DNA from: Cenococcum geophilum
Lineage: Eukaryota
NCBI GenBank assembly: GCA_050273025.1
Contig: CP158636.1
Span: forward strand, 11,036,001-11,100,000
Direction: 5' to 3'
Length of the DNA: 64,000 nucleotides
Shown here piece by piece: positions 26,001 through 39,427 of this stretch; the first letter of the stretch is position 1, and every line of letters begins with the position of its first letter. The notes beneath the pieces were generated by a model that was not told the origin of the DNA, did no database searches, and saw only the letters and a program-made list of their open reading frames with translations. Position numbers and translations under genes: made by a program.

Positions 26001-28527
26001 CACCTACTACCCCTATAAAGAGTAGGAGAATTATAGGCTATAAACAATAATAATAAGAAGGCAAAGATCCTTATAGAAAGGTTCTTTCCCTAACTGGCTT
26101 TAGTAGACCTTAGTAATATTACGGGCAAAATACTAGTGGCTTGCCTATAGGTCGACAGCGATATAATAACAGAGGAAATGGCTAAAACTATTAGCCGCCT
26201 TTTAAATAATATAGTACTAGGATTAGATAGGATTCTAAATAAGGCCCTAAAAACCTATAGGCCACTTATAGTACCTTAGCTTGTAGATATAGCTAAAGCA
26301 TACTTTGCTATAGGCTACTACCCGCGACTTAGAAGATCTATAACAACGGTTGTTTTATAAAAAGAAGGTAAAGCAAATTACTTAATCCTAGGAAGCTACC
26401 GCCCTATTGCCTTAGAAAACACCCTTAGTAAGATCCTAGAAAGGGTAATAGTGGAACACATAGTAGATACGGTAGAGGAATATACCCTACTACCACAAAG
26501 CTAAATAGGGGCAAAAAAGAACCGCTTAATACTATTAGCACTTACGCTACTCGCTACCACTATTAAATCTACATAGGCGATGCGAAAGGACTTTATAGTA
26601 TTAATGCTTAGCCTAGATATTAGTAGTGCCTATAACAATATACCCCATAAGCGTCTCCTATATATCCTTAGGGCAAAGGGCTTTCTAAAATAGATTATAT
26701 AATTTATCTAAGGGTTTATAGGCTAGAAAGAAATATTACTAGTTTTTAGCAGATACTAAAGCCCCCCTATTGCAGTTGCAACAGGAATACTATAAGGATT
26801 ACCCCTCTCGCCTATACTCTTCCTTTTCTTTATAAGCAACTTACTTAACTCCTTTAAGGAAGGGGCGACCTAGGGGATAGGCTTCGTTAACGATATAAAC
26901 CTAATTATATACGGGCTAACAGCTGCAGAGAATTGTAGAACACTAGAGAAAGCCTATAATATTTATATAAAATAGGTAAAACGTTATAGAGTCCGATTCT
27001 TACTAGAGAAATACCAGCTAATCTATTTTATAAGAAAACGTAACTAATTTACAGATCTTTAGCATATAATTCGCATCTAAGGCTTTAGGGGTTAACTAGT
27101 TTAGGGCCTAAGGGTATTAAGAGTATGGGTAGATAGTAAGCTCTAGTAGAGCGCACATATGGCGCAAGCGGCCCATAAAGGCCAAGCACAGTTTATCGCT
27201 TTATTTAGGATTATTAATTTTATATAGGGTCCATGCTTCTAGAGGTCACGCCTATTATATATAGCAGTCGTCTGGCTAACCATAATATATAGATCTAGTA
27301 TTTGGGCCATTAGAGAAACTAAAAAGGGCCCCCCTAAATTACTCCTTAAACCACTTTAAAAGGTCTAAATAGCCTACCGTTAGAGTATTATAGGCGGGTA
27401 TAAGCGAACGGCTATAGTACTACTTAAGAAGGAATCTAATATTCCCCCCCTATAGTTATATATTAAAGCCGCTATAATATAAAGAACGTAAAATAAACGT
27501 AACTCTAATATTATAAAGTATATTAAGATACGCCTAAGTAAACTATAGAGGGACCTTAGGGTGCCCCGTAGGAGAACAAACCAACAACCCTAAAGTAGGG
27601 AAGAGATATTAGAGAAACAGGTAAAGAAAGTAAAAGAAGAATAGTGCCGCTTTAGGGCCTAGGCCTATATAGAGGAGGAAGGGAGACGCGTAAGAGGTTA
27701 GTAAAGATAATAGTAAGATAGAGAAAGGAGCTAAAGTAGAATATATAAGAACGCTAGGAAACCATCTACCGTAATATAATACTAGTTAGACTAACGCTAG
27801 AGAGGCGAGTAGGAGTTAAAGGTATAGAGGTTAACTTAGGCAAGATAAACCTAAGCTATAGTATAGTTAACGCTATAGGGGGTAAATACCTAAGGGCTCT
27901 AAGAAGGCCTAATAAAGGTAGAAAATATAATAGCAACACTCTTAAGAACAGGAATAATAGGACTGAAAGATTGGCTTTACTAGGTGGGTGTCTTAGTAGG
28001 TAGCCTAAGATGCGAATATAGCTAGCTAAGACAGACACTAAAACACGTAATACTACTATACCCCCTACGCACCAATTAAGAAATAATACTCTTAGTAGCT
28101 AGCATAGAGAACTATAATACACTGCTCTTAATATAAAAAGGCCTTAAGGTGGTTACCTAGTGGCTTATTAGTTAAAATGTGCTAAATCAGTTCTAGGTTA
28201 TAAGGGAAATAGTAATAGAAGGCAAGGGGGCAAGCAGCAGGTGCCCCCTAGTAACTCTATAGTAGTAGAGTAAAAGTTTATAATACTAGCGCGTCCGTAG
28301 GCTTATTACGGCAGCAGTGGTTCCTAAGGAGGTTAAATAGTAAGGTAGTAGAGCACTATAGGTAACTTATAGGCGCTAAGTAGGCGAGTCTTAAAAGGCG
28401 GGGAGATGGATCACGGGGTTTTCTTATTTTTCTTAAATAGAGTTTTCTCCCTATATGTAAATAAGGAGTAGTCCGCGTGGGCCCAATAGGGATCCAAATC
28501 GGACGTTAAGCAATGAATTATTATTAT
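23012..28527 (+). mobile_element. Non-LTR retrotransposon (LINE, Tad1-like), near full length, RIP-inactivated
   Basis: 15-bp TSD tatatacact[a/g]tata (22997-23011, 28528-28542); (TTA)n tail; APE motifs LGD.NL..P ~25220 and S.IDLTF ~25372; RT SYRPIALENTLSKILE ~26395, G.PLSPILF ~26795, GFVN(D)D ~26880. Confidence 0.93.
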
Positions 28528-31407
28528 TATATACACTGTATATAGGGGTGTAGGATTGCTTAATAAGGGTTACTAAAGCTCCTTTAAGGTAGAATAAGTG
28601 TTTAATAAGGAGTTACACCCTCCTTAATATCTAAAGATAGCGCCTACTCCGTAAAACGTCTCTTAAAATTTTTGGCAGTACCTCCCTATAGGTGTTTTAT
28701 ATTGCCTATAAAGCTCTAAAGGCCCTATAGCCTTACCCTATATCTTTCCTAAAGTATATCTATCCTTTCTACCGGTATAAGCCCTCCCTAATATCGCAGC
28801 CGTTAGATTTAGATAGTAGGTTCGGGTAGTAGGTTTAAGTAGTAGGTTAGTAGATTAAGGTTAAGTTCTGTCGCTCGTTTTAAGGCCTTAAGGCATTATT
28901 TAGCGCACTCTTTAAGGATTTACTAATTGTGTAATAATTTCCTATTAAGGCCTAGTGTAGTTAATTAAGTTTCTGTACCATCTAAAGGTATTTAAGGAAG
29001 GCGTAGAACTAAGGACGCGCGAGAGGCTTAGTAAGGCCGTTGGCCACTATATTAATTAAAGTAACGTATATAAGGTTAATTCTATTATTGTTTATTTTAT
29101 CTCTCACGTAGTAAAACTGGATGTCAATGTGCTTTGTTTAATTATGCTAAACTAGATTTTCGGCCAACGCTTTTATAGCTTAGTTATTAGTTTTAATTAA
29201 GATTCTAGTAAACTATTTGCTCTAGTTTAGTATACCTAGTTTAGTAAGTAAAAGTTAAAGCTATATAGCCTCTTTTACTGCAGCTATTAGAGCCGTGTAC
29301 TCTAATTAATATATTAATAGTAAAATGGTAGCTTATAGCTTTAATTTCTATAAAATTAGTCCTCCGTTTAATATAAATACAAAGCCTAATATAGAGCGTC
29401 TTATAGTTTTGTCTTGTCCCTAGTTGGCATTACTAAAGCAAATTAGTATAAGGTCTAGGTTCTTATCGCCTTTATAGGTAATTCCTCTATTAAGCGAGCC
29501 GGCTAGGTATTAAAGAATAAGTCTTATGGCCGTTATATGGGTAGAGGTAGGATTATAGGCGAAACGGCTTACCGTTAATACCGTAAAGGCAATATCTGGC
29601 CTTGTTTCTATTATAGGAAACATAACTAAACTAACTATACTCTAGTATCTTCTGGCGTCGTCCTTACTAGTAGTTTCTTAATTAGCTATAAGCTTAATTA
29701 AGTGCTTTATAGGTACCGGTAAGGTATTAGCTTTTTGCAATCTAAAACGTTTAAGAGCTTTAATAAGGCATGCTCGCTATAAGAGTATAATCTTCTTCTT
29801 CATTTAATTTTTTGTGACTATTATGCCTAAGTAAAAGCTTATTAGCCTAAGATCTATTATTTAGAAGGCTACTTTAAGCTCTACTTTTGCCTAATTAACT
29901 ATTACTATATCCTTATAGATAATCTTAGTATTATTAACGTAGGCAGAAATAATTAAACCTTTCTATTCTTTACTAGTGGCGAATATACTATAATCCGCGT
30001 ATAGATAGTAAAGTCCAAGTTTTTCTAGCAGAAACTTTAAGAGTATCTTATACCAAATTTAAGGTAACTATTTTAGTCTATAGAGGGCCTTCTTAAGGCG
30101 GCAGACTTTACTGGCTTTTTTATAGCCTTTTAGCATAACGACATAGAGTTCTTAATTAATTAGTCTATAGAGAAAGGCGGTTTTAATATCCATCTGTTTA
30201 ATTTCAAGGTCGTAATAGGCAGTAATTGCGAATAGAGCCCTAAAAGCCATAGGTTTTACTACCACAGCAAAGGTCTAGTTATAGTCGACACTGTACTGCT
30301 ATAAATATCCCTTAATAACCTATCTAGCTTTATAGCGAAGGACCTCGCCATCCTTTTCCTTTTTAACTTTAAACACCTATTTACCAGCAAAAGGCTTATA
30401 AGAAGGCTTAAGGGAGGCAAGGTTAATAAGTTCCTATATTTAGTTCTTAATTAGAAACCCTACCTCCTCTATTATTACTTTTATCCATTCTTCGCTGTTT
30501 AAGCTGTTAATTGCTTAGTTGTATATATAAGGCTTATCTTCGTCAATTAAGGTAGTAGATATATACGTTTCGAGATTGGGTAAGCTAGTATATTAAATAT
30601 AGCCGGCTAGTAGAGCTATAGGATTAACCGCGTCGCGATTATTTAAGTAAGGGTTTTGAGGTATAGATTAAGGAGGAAAGGTAGATAGAAGGGCTATTAG
30701 TTTATCGCCTATTTTATTATCCTAGTTGCTTAGTAGCTTATTAATATTATTAGCCTATTGGTTAAGGCTTTAGTCTATACCTATAAGGCTTATAAAAAAG
30801 GTAGTAGGGTTACTTAGTAGGTTAACTCTTAGCGTCTAGCGGCCTAATTAAGTAGTGGTCATAGTAAGGTTTTTAGGCAGAGACTTAAGCCTATGGGGTA
30901 AACTATCACGACCTTCCTTCTAATTAATTTTTCGTTGTCTTTTTCTTAATAGAGGCTTTAGCTAAGGAGTAGTAGTATTTTCCCTCCCTTACTTATTAGA
31001 CGAGTTAACGGATTCTTCTGTAAATATAGTAGTAGTCTTTAAACTAATATCGCCTTTATAGATTTTAATATCTTTAAGCCGCTTAATCTTTTGTTTATCT
31101 GGTAGCTAAACATAATAAATTATCTTGCCGTTATAGCTAATTAGAATACCCTTTTTTGCTTATAGAGCGAACCTAACTAATTTTACGCAATCTTCTTCGG
31201 CTATAAGGGAGTAGACGGTAAATCCTAGAGCTCTTAGGTAGTGTACTAAGGGAGGTTTGTCCTTAAGCTTTTATAAGGTAATATGCTATTAAGAAGAGCT
31301 CTTATAGGGCATCTGTTTTTAATATATATAGCTATAAGGAGTATATTAGGTCATAGAAAATCTGGTATATTGCCGGCGAGAATTATTAAGCGGGTAATCT
31401 CGGTAGA

Positions 31408-31828
31408 TGTTACGGACGCTTTAAGTACAATGTTACGACTACTTGGAGAGGAGTCGGAAGAAGCTAGTTGGTTAATACAAGCACGGTCTAGGATAAAACC
31501 CGTGGAACTATATAACAAAGAATAGTAACCGAGGTTACATAAGGTGCTACAAGAGGAATAAGAGGAACGAAGGGAACTCACATACCTTATATATAAGACG
31601 TACATCACGTATAAGAAGGATTTTATAGGAGTACGGTTGTGTATTTAAGGACCCTTAGTCCCTACCTAAATAGTTCCTTCCTTATAGTGATTCTCAGAAT
31701 ATAATTAGAGTTAATCTATTAGGCAACCACTCTACTAGTTATTATTACGTTGTTAACTTACTTATAATACCTATATACCTAGCCCATTAATAAGTCCACC
31801 ATAGTCCCTACTACAAGGCTTCATTACA
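31408..31828 (+). repeat. 5' LTR of E (421 bp)
   Basis: Matches 39007-39427. Confidence 0.95.
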
Positions 31829-34800
31829 CAATTACTACTACAGTTACGGTTTTAATAAGTTAAACAACATGCCACCAAAAGCAGCCACTATAACGCTATT
31901 AACGGCGGCAACTATATTAGGATTAGGTAACAACACTAGTATAGCAAACACTAACTTATAATAACCTATAACAGTAGGACAGTTATAAACAATAGTTAAT
32001 TAGTTAATAGGGGATAATGTGGCACTTAAAAATAGGATTAATGGGATAGGAGCAGCAAAGGTTAAGTTACCATTAATCAAAAAATTCTTAGGAGAAAGAT
32101 TAAAGCTTAAAGGATTCCTTATACAAATACACTTTAAGGTTGCGCAGAAAGGAGTAAAGCTGGTAATAACTATAGATCAAGTAGCATATGCAGAATTGTT
32201 CTTATTAGGAAGAGCACTTAAATGGTTTAAGCCTTACCTTATAGAGATATAAGTAAATAGAATAACAACAATAAACTAGGAAGTATGGTTTATATTTTTA
32301 AGCTAGAATAGATTTATAGAGCGACTTACACAAATATTCGGGGACCTAGAAGTAATAACTATAGCGGAAAGAAAGCTTTAAAACCTAACGCAACGGACTT
32401 TAGTAATTAAGTACACAACACAATTCCAAACGCTAACTATATAACTTAAGTGGAATAATAAGGCGCTTATGGCACAATACAAACAGGGACTTAAGGCTAA
32501 AGTCTAGAACGTAATTATTCTAATAGAAGATGTGGACACCCTAAGGGAATTAATAGATTAAGCAATTAAGATTAATAATAGGATCTTCTAAAGGGAACAG
32601 GCTAAGAGAGGCTAGGATAGAGTTCTATAGTTATATAAGACGTAAAGTATATAACAACTAAAGCTAAATTAGAAACTATAGTATGGCGCAGAGCCAATAG
32701 ACCTAAGTGGTACTAAAAAAGCCTATAAGAGATAGAGTAAGAAACTATAAAAACCTAGAGGTTAAGGATCTAGTAATTATAGAACTAAGAAGTAGAGGCT
32801 AAACCAGGGATCTTAACAGCAGAAGACGTTTAGGCGGACTCTATAACAAAGTTAATGGTTTAGAAATAGAGCTTATATAAATTACGGAAAATAGGGTTAC
32901 TTTATAAGGGATTATAAAGATGGTTAGAGTTACTATATAATAAAGGGAACTAAACTAGCAGTATATAATATACACGTATAGAGGGACAATAGTATACTAC
33001 AAGGAATAAAAGAATATTTAATTAAAAGCTTTGCGTTTTGTTATAATAATATATATTAAATTTATAAAGACGCTAAGTATAGTATAAGCTATTGGCCACA
33101 AGAGCCAGAGTTAAAAGGACTTAGAAAAACTAAAGAGTTAGATAAAGAATAAGATCAACTCTATAAGCTAGATTAAGATATTATAATAATATACAGACAA
33201 AGATTAGTAATAATAATAATAGAGTCGGAGTACTTATTAATTAATAGCAACAAGGATAGTAAAGGAACTAACTAGGGGTATCTAAACCTTAATAACGTAA
33301 TAGAAGTAAAGACTAAAACCGCCATAGAGCAAGGTTCAGTAACGGGTATTATAACACCGTTAGATACGGCATCTATTACTTTATAAGATGGAAGGAGTAA
33401 TATCTAAAGACAATTAAGTAAGTAGATAACTGCTTATGCTAGCTTACTACTTAATAAAGGCAAAAGGCCAAAGGCTTAAGATTCTTAAGACAAGATAAGA
33501 GACAACTAAGATTCTTAAGACGAGATAAGGTAAGCTTAAAGACCTATAACGGACAGAAACCAATAGAGCAGAGCGGCAGCTCAGTTTAAGGACATACGAA
33601 TAAGCTTAGGATAAGAATTCCCAACTATATAAGACTCTTAAAATGAGATAAGTAAGATTTAGGACTCTTAAGATAAGACAAGGACACTAGTTAAGCCTAG
33701 TTAGACTAAGGTAAGGGCTAAGCTTAAGCTAGAAGCAAGCCCAGGATTAAAGAATCTAAGGGGTTAAGAATTCGGAGTACGAATTAGGACACCTATAAGT
33801 AAGAGGTAAGAGGCTTCTTTATAGATTAGAGAATCTACAGCGTAAATAGTAATTAGACTGGGAGACAGATATATAGACCTAGAGGACTTACTAGGGGAAT
33901 ATAGTGTTTAGCCTAAAGATCGAAAAGTTAATACTAAGATTAAGAAGTATAAAGACTTTAAGGATCCACTTATAAGATATAATATAAAAGAAACTATAAA
34001 GGAATTTAGGGCAAGAATTACCTCATAGCAAGAACAGAAACTAGATAAGAGATCTAGTATATTAGGACGTATAAAGGACAGAGCGCTAGTACAAAGAATT
34101 ACTAATAGGCCTAGAACAGGCATACTAAGAGCTAAGTGGCTTACCGAACTGGAATAAGAAGAGAATCTAGGGATTTCTACTAGGTTCGAAGAACGATATA
34201 CTAAAGGCTATTATAACGTAGTAATAAAGAGATATTTCCTTACGGATGAGCTGTATACACTTAAGCAGCTATACTAAAAGTGGTATAGGCAACAACACAA
34301 CGATAAGTAGGAAGATTTTTATATATAGTTGGACGAGAAAGTTATCTAAGACTACCTAATTATAGAGAAGGCTATAACTTATATTAAAGGAGCCTTAATT
34401 ATAATATTAAAAGATCTAGAGGAGTAATTAGAGGACTAGAGAAGCGAAAGATAAATCTTAGTACCCGCGAACGAAGTTATAACGCTTAGATTAATATAAA
34501 AGAGGTTTAAACTTAAGAATAAAGACGAGCTAAGAGTTAACCTAAGATATTAAGTATATTATACACTATTATAGATAGCATATATAGATAATGCGTATAA
34601 TATACATAAGACACCAAAGGATAAAAATTAAAAGTATCTAATAAGGATATATTAGATGACGGATAAGGCGAAATATTAAAACGCTAAGTATATATATGGT
34701 TAGCACCTAGTAGAAGTTTAAGAATAAGGGGACTTAATACTTTAACCAGGAAGATTCCTTACGGAAGAATGCCTAGATGGACGACAATAGTGGGAATATC

Positions 34801-37800
34801 CAGAGAATACCTATCTATAGTATATTAAAGACAAAAAGTGAACTAAGTATTGGCCTAAGATAGACTAAGTACAAACAGGATCTAGTAGCTAATAGTTGGG
34901 AAAAGTAGAGGCCTATAGGACTAGAGGGAGCCAGTAGTAGAGCCTTAGACCCTTAAAGAAATTTAAGGACGACACCTAAATTTATAAGTTAAGTGGCAAG
35001 ATTAACAGTTTAAGGCATTAATAGATAGTGGAGCAATAAGGAACCATATCTTGCTAGTAGTAGTAAAAAAAATAGGGTTACTATACAGACAAAAGGAATA
35101 TCCTTACCTATTAGTAACGATTTTAGGAGATCCGATAGCCTATAGAGGAGATATTATTAATCTTAAAATAGGACCTATTCAGTTAACCATTAAAGGAAGA
35201 CTAGTCGAGATATCTTTCGATATATTACCATTAGGGAATAATAAGGCAGTATTAGGAATGCCTTAGTTACAGGAATATAATCTAAAGATTGATTAAATTA
35301 TAGGTTAGGTTAATATCAGAGATACTTAACGCCGCAAGATATAATAACAAGCTAAGCTAGTATAGTACTAAGTAGGAGCGACCTATAAAGAAACAGAAAA
35401 AGGGCTAAGCTATATACTAAAAAGATACTATAAGTATGGCAAGAAACTATAGTTACCTAAAAGTAAAAAGCTGTTAGAGTATGTAGTATGGGACTATAAG
35501 ATAGAATTAGAACTAGGAATAAGTTTAAGGTTCTTTCCAATCTATAAGCTTACCAAAGAAGAAGGTAGAGCACTAAAAGAGTTTATCTAAGAAAACTTAC
35601 GAAAAGGATACATTAGACTATCGCAGTCATTAGCGGGATATCTAGTACTATTCGTACTAAAAAAGAATGGCAAACTAAGGCTATATATCGACTACAGGCA
35701 GTTAAACAGTATTACTAAAAAGGATAGGTATCCTTTACCCTTAATTAGCGAAATCTAAGATAGGATAGGCAATACGCAAATCTTTACAAAGATAGATTTA
35801 AGATAGGCGTACCATCAGATTAGGATTAAGGAAGGCAACAAATAAAAGGCAGCCTTTAGGTTAAAGAAAGGACTATATAAACCATTAGTTATATAATTTA
35901 GGCTTATAAATGCACTAGCAACGTTCTAAAAGCGTATTAACAATATATTAGGAGAATATTTAGATAAATTTATTATAGTATACCTTAATAACATTATTAT
36001 CTACTTAATAAATAAGGAAGAGTACGGAGAATATATTAAATAGGTTTTAAAGAGACTATAGGAAGAACAGATGCTAGTAGCAATTAAGAAATGCGAGTTC
36101 TTTACTAGGAAGACCTATTTTATTAGATTTATTATTAAACTAGGCTAACTTAGTATAGATCTAAAGAAGATCAAGGCTATAGTAAATTAGCAGGAACTAG
36201 AGAACGTTACGCAGTTAAAATTATTCCTAGGGTTTTGCAATTACTATAGAAGGTTTATAGCGCAATGGTTAAAGAATATTAAACCATTTACACAATTAAC
36301 AAAGAAAGAAGAACTATAGGCATAGGGAGAGGAACAGTAAGAACTCTTTAAGAAAGTTAAAGAGTTATTTACCTAGGAGCCAGTTCTTAAGATCTATTAA
36401 CTAGGACTAGAGACGGTTATAGAGATAGATATATTAGACTTTATACTAGGAGTATATTTTATATAAAAGCATCTAGATAAATGGCATCTAGTAGTATACT
36501 ATAGTCGGAAGATAACACTATTAGAGTTAAACTATAACATCTATAATAAGGAGTTATTAGGTATAATTACAGCACTAAAAAAATAGAGAGCATTCTTATA
36601 AGGTATAGAGAAACTATTTATAGTTAAAACGAATTATAAAAACCTAATAGAATTCCTAATAATAAAGGAACTTAACTAAAGATAGGTTAGATAGGCAGAG
36701 ATGCTTACAGAATACTATTTTAAAATTTAGTATACTAAGGGTACAGATAACACGCGAGCTAATGCGTTAAGTTAAAAGGCTAAACTATAAAATAACGATA
36801 AGCTATTAGGGGCTTTACTGCGAAAAGACATAGATAGACTAATTAGGTATAATTATCCAAAGATTATAGCAATATAAGAAAATAAGTTAGAAAAGAAAGT
36901 CTACAAGATACTAGAAAGCTTTTAGGCATAAAGGATTCTAGAAGCATAACTAGAAGACCTATAGTCGGATATATACAAAAATCGAGAAGTAAAGTATATC
37001 CTAAGAAGTATAGCAGAGCAGTTTATAGAGGACTTTTATAAGGAACTAACTTAAGGATATAATAGAGTAACGGGCTTAGTATTAAGACTCTAAGAGGAGT
37101 ATATTATTAACGGAATCTAAAAAATAGCTAGAAAGGTCACTAAAGAGTATCCAGATTACTAAAGAAATAAACTAACGAGGTATAAGCCATATAGAGGGCT
37201 ATAACCTATTAAAATACTAGAGAGACCATAGGAGGTCATATTATAGGACTTTATTATTAAGTTGCTAAAATTAAGAGACCCTATTACCGGACAAGATTAT
37301 AATGTAATCTTAGTAATAGTAGACAAGCTTACGAAGTGGGGATACTTTATAGCCTATATAGAAGAAATCTTAGCGGAAGATATCGCTAGAATCTATGTTA
37401 AAGAAGTATTTATAAGATATAGAGCACTAAGCAAAATTATATCGGATAGAGATCTAAGATTTATAGTAGCATTCTAGGAAGTATTTTTAGCGGAATAAGG
37501 AGTTCAAGTAGTAACTTCTACCGCATATTATCCGCAGATAGATAGTTAAACGGAAAGATTAAACTAGACACTAGAGCAGTATCTAAGGCACTATATTAAT
37601 CACATACAGAATAATTAGGTATCGCTATTACTAGTTATATAATTTGCATATAATGCGACACCATAAGAAGGAATGGGTATATTACTATTTAAGGCGAATT
37701 ATAGATACAAACTAAGAACATTATTATCGCTATAATAAGTAAAGAAAACGAGTAGCAGAGCTAAGTAAAGAATGGAGACTTTAATAAATCTTTATGTAAA

Positions 37801-38289
37801 CCTTACGGAAACAGCTAAGACAGTATAATAAAGAATAAAAAAGTAATATAATGCTAAGAGATCTAAGGGACCAGATCTTAAGGAGGGAGATAAAGTATAG
37901 CTACTATACAAAAATTTTAAGAGTTAATGACTAAGTAAGAAGTTAGACTACGTTAGACTAGGACCTTTTAAAATTACGCAAAAAATTTCATTAGTTATGT
38001 TTAAGCTAAACCTACTAGCTAAAATAAGAATCTACCCTATATAGTACATCGCAATGCTAGAGCCAGCATACGGAAATATTAAGCCACTAGTCTACAAAGC
38101 AGACATGTATAAAGAATAGGAAGAGAATAAATAGTAAGTTTTAAAGATCGTTAGTTATAAGGACGTTAACAATAAAATATAGTATAAAGTAAAGTGGATA
38201 GGCTACAATAAGACTACCTAGGAGCTACTAAAGAATCTAAAGAACGCTATAGGAAAGGTATAGGAGTATTAAAAGAGAAAAGGTTAGGT

Positions 38290-38898
38290 AATATTAATAA
38301 AGAGAAATTACTAAAGAATGAGCCACCTAAGGGGGACTTAGGAAGAGCGATTACTAAACTACTTAAAGTTGTTTCCTTCTCTATTAGAAGAGAATCCGTT
38401 CTTTTATTACTAAGTTCCTATAAACCTTATTTTATAAGTTTCTACTCCTTAGAACAAACCTTCTTACGCACTTTCTTAAGGCAAAGTAAACGGGTAGACA
38501 CCGCGATGCGAGCATCTAGGGCCTTCTGTTCCGTATCCCGAGAACACTTAAGCTTAGCAAAGGCCTACGCCAGGTTACTATTAAGCTTTATAGTAGTAGA
38601 TTAAATATAAGACCCTATAATAAATTACTTAGGGAACTTAAAGACTATTAAGAGTTATAGGACGCGTATACTTAGCGTTAGAAGTAAAACAAATATTGCA
38701 AGACAATTAAATATTTGCTTTAGTATACTCTAAATAAAAGAAGGGTTGCTAAAATAAAGGACTCGCCAGCGTAATATATACTAATCCCTCCTTTAAGCAA
38801 CGAGAACACGGAGATAGCATTATTTCACTAAGCGATAATATTACAGCAATAGTACGAGCATAATGTTGCGCGTATAAAGAAGAAGAAGCTTTAGGCAT
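38290..38898 (-). pseudogene. Antisense ORF in E: C6 Zn-cluster-like motif plus predicted coiled coil, RIP-degraded
   Basis: MPKASSS...AVILSLSEIMLSPCSRCLKEGLVY(C)ITLASP...QP..Y(C)LEY(C)TKANI*LSC; ATG intact; 3' end approximate. Confidence 0.7.
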
Positions 38899-39006
38899 TA
38901 TAAGTAATAATATTAACCAAATTAATTAGACGGATATTACACCTCTAGTAAACAACTTGGAGATACTAGGTATCTTTAAGGACGAAAATGGAAAGAAGGG
39001 AGATAG

Positions 39007-39427
39007 TGTTATGGACGCTTTAAGTATAATATTATAACTACTTGGAGAGGAGTTAAAAGAAGCTAGTTGGTTAATATAAGTACGGTCTAGGATGGAACCT
39101 ATAGAACTATATAACAAAGAATGGTAACTAAGGTTATATAAGGTGCTATAAGAGAAATAAGAGGAATAAAGGGAACTTATATACCTTATGTATAAGACGT
39201 ATATTACATATAAAAAGGATTTTATAGGAGTACGGTTGTGTATTTAAGGACCCTTAGTCCCTACCTAGATAGTTCCTTCCTTATAGTAATTCTTAGAATA
39301 CAATTAGAGTTAATCTATTAGGCAACCACTCCACCAGTTATTATTACGTTGTTAACTTACTTGCAATACCTACACACCTAGCCCATTAACAAGTCCACCG
39401 TAGTCCCTACTACAAGGCTTTGTTATA
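39007..39427 (+). repeat. 3' LTR of E (421 bp)
   Basis: Matches 31408-31828. Confidence 0.95.

Larger units (their letters stand above)
31408..39427 (+). mobile_element. Ty3/Gypsy chromovirus E, full length (8020 bp), same family as A, nested in D
   Basis: 421-bp LTRs; TSD GTAGA at 31403-31407 and 39428-39432; gag, LIDSGA protease ~35018, RT, RNase H, integrase and chromodomain ~38120-38250, colinear with A. Confidence 0.95.

Noticed and set aside
31283..31608. ORFs spanning the D/E junction
   Set aside because: Chimeric chance frames crossing an LTR boundary.
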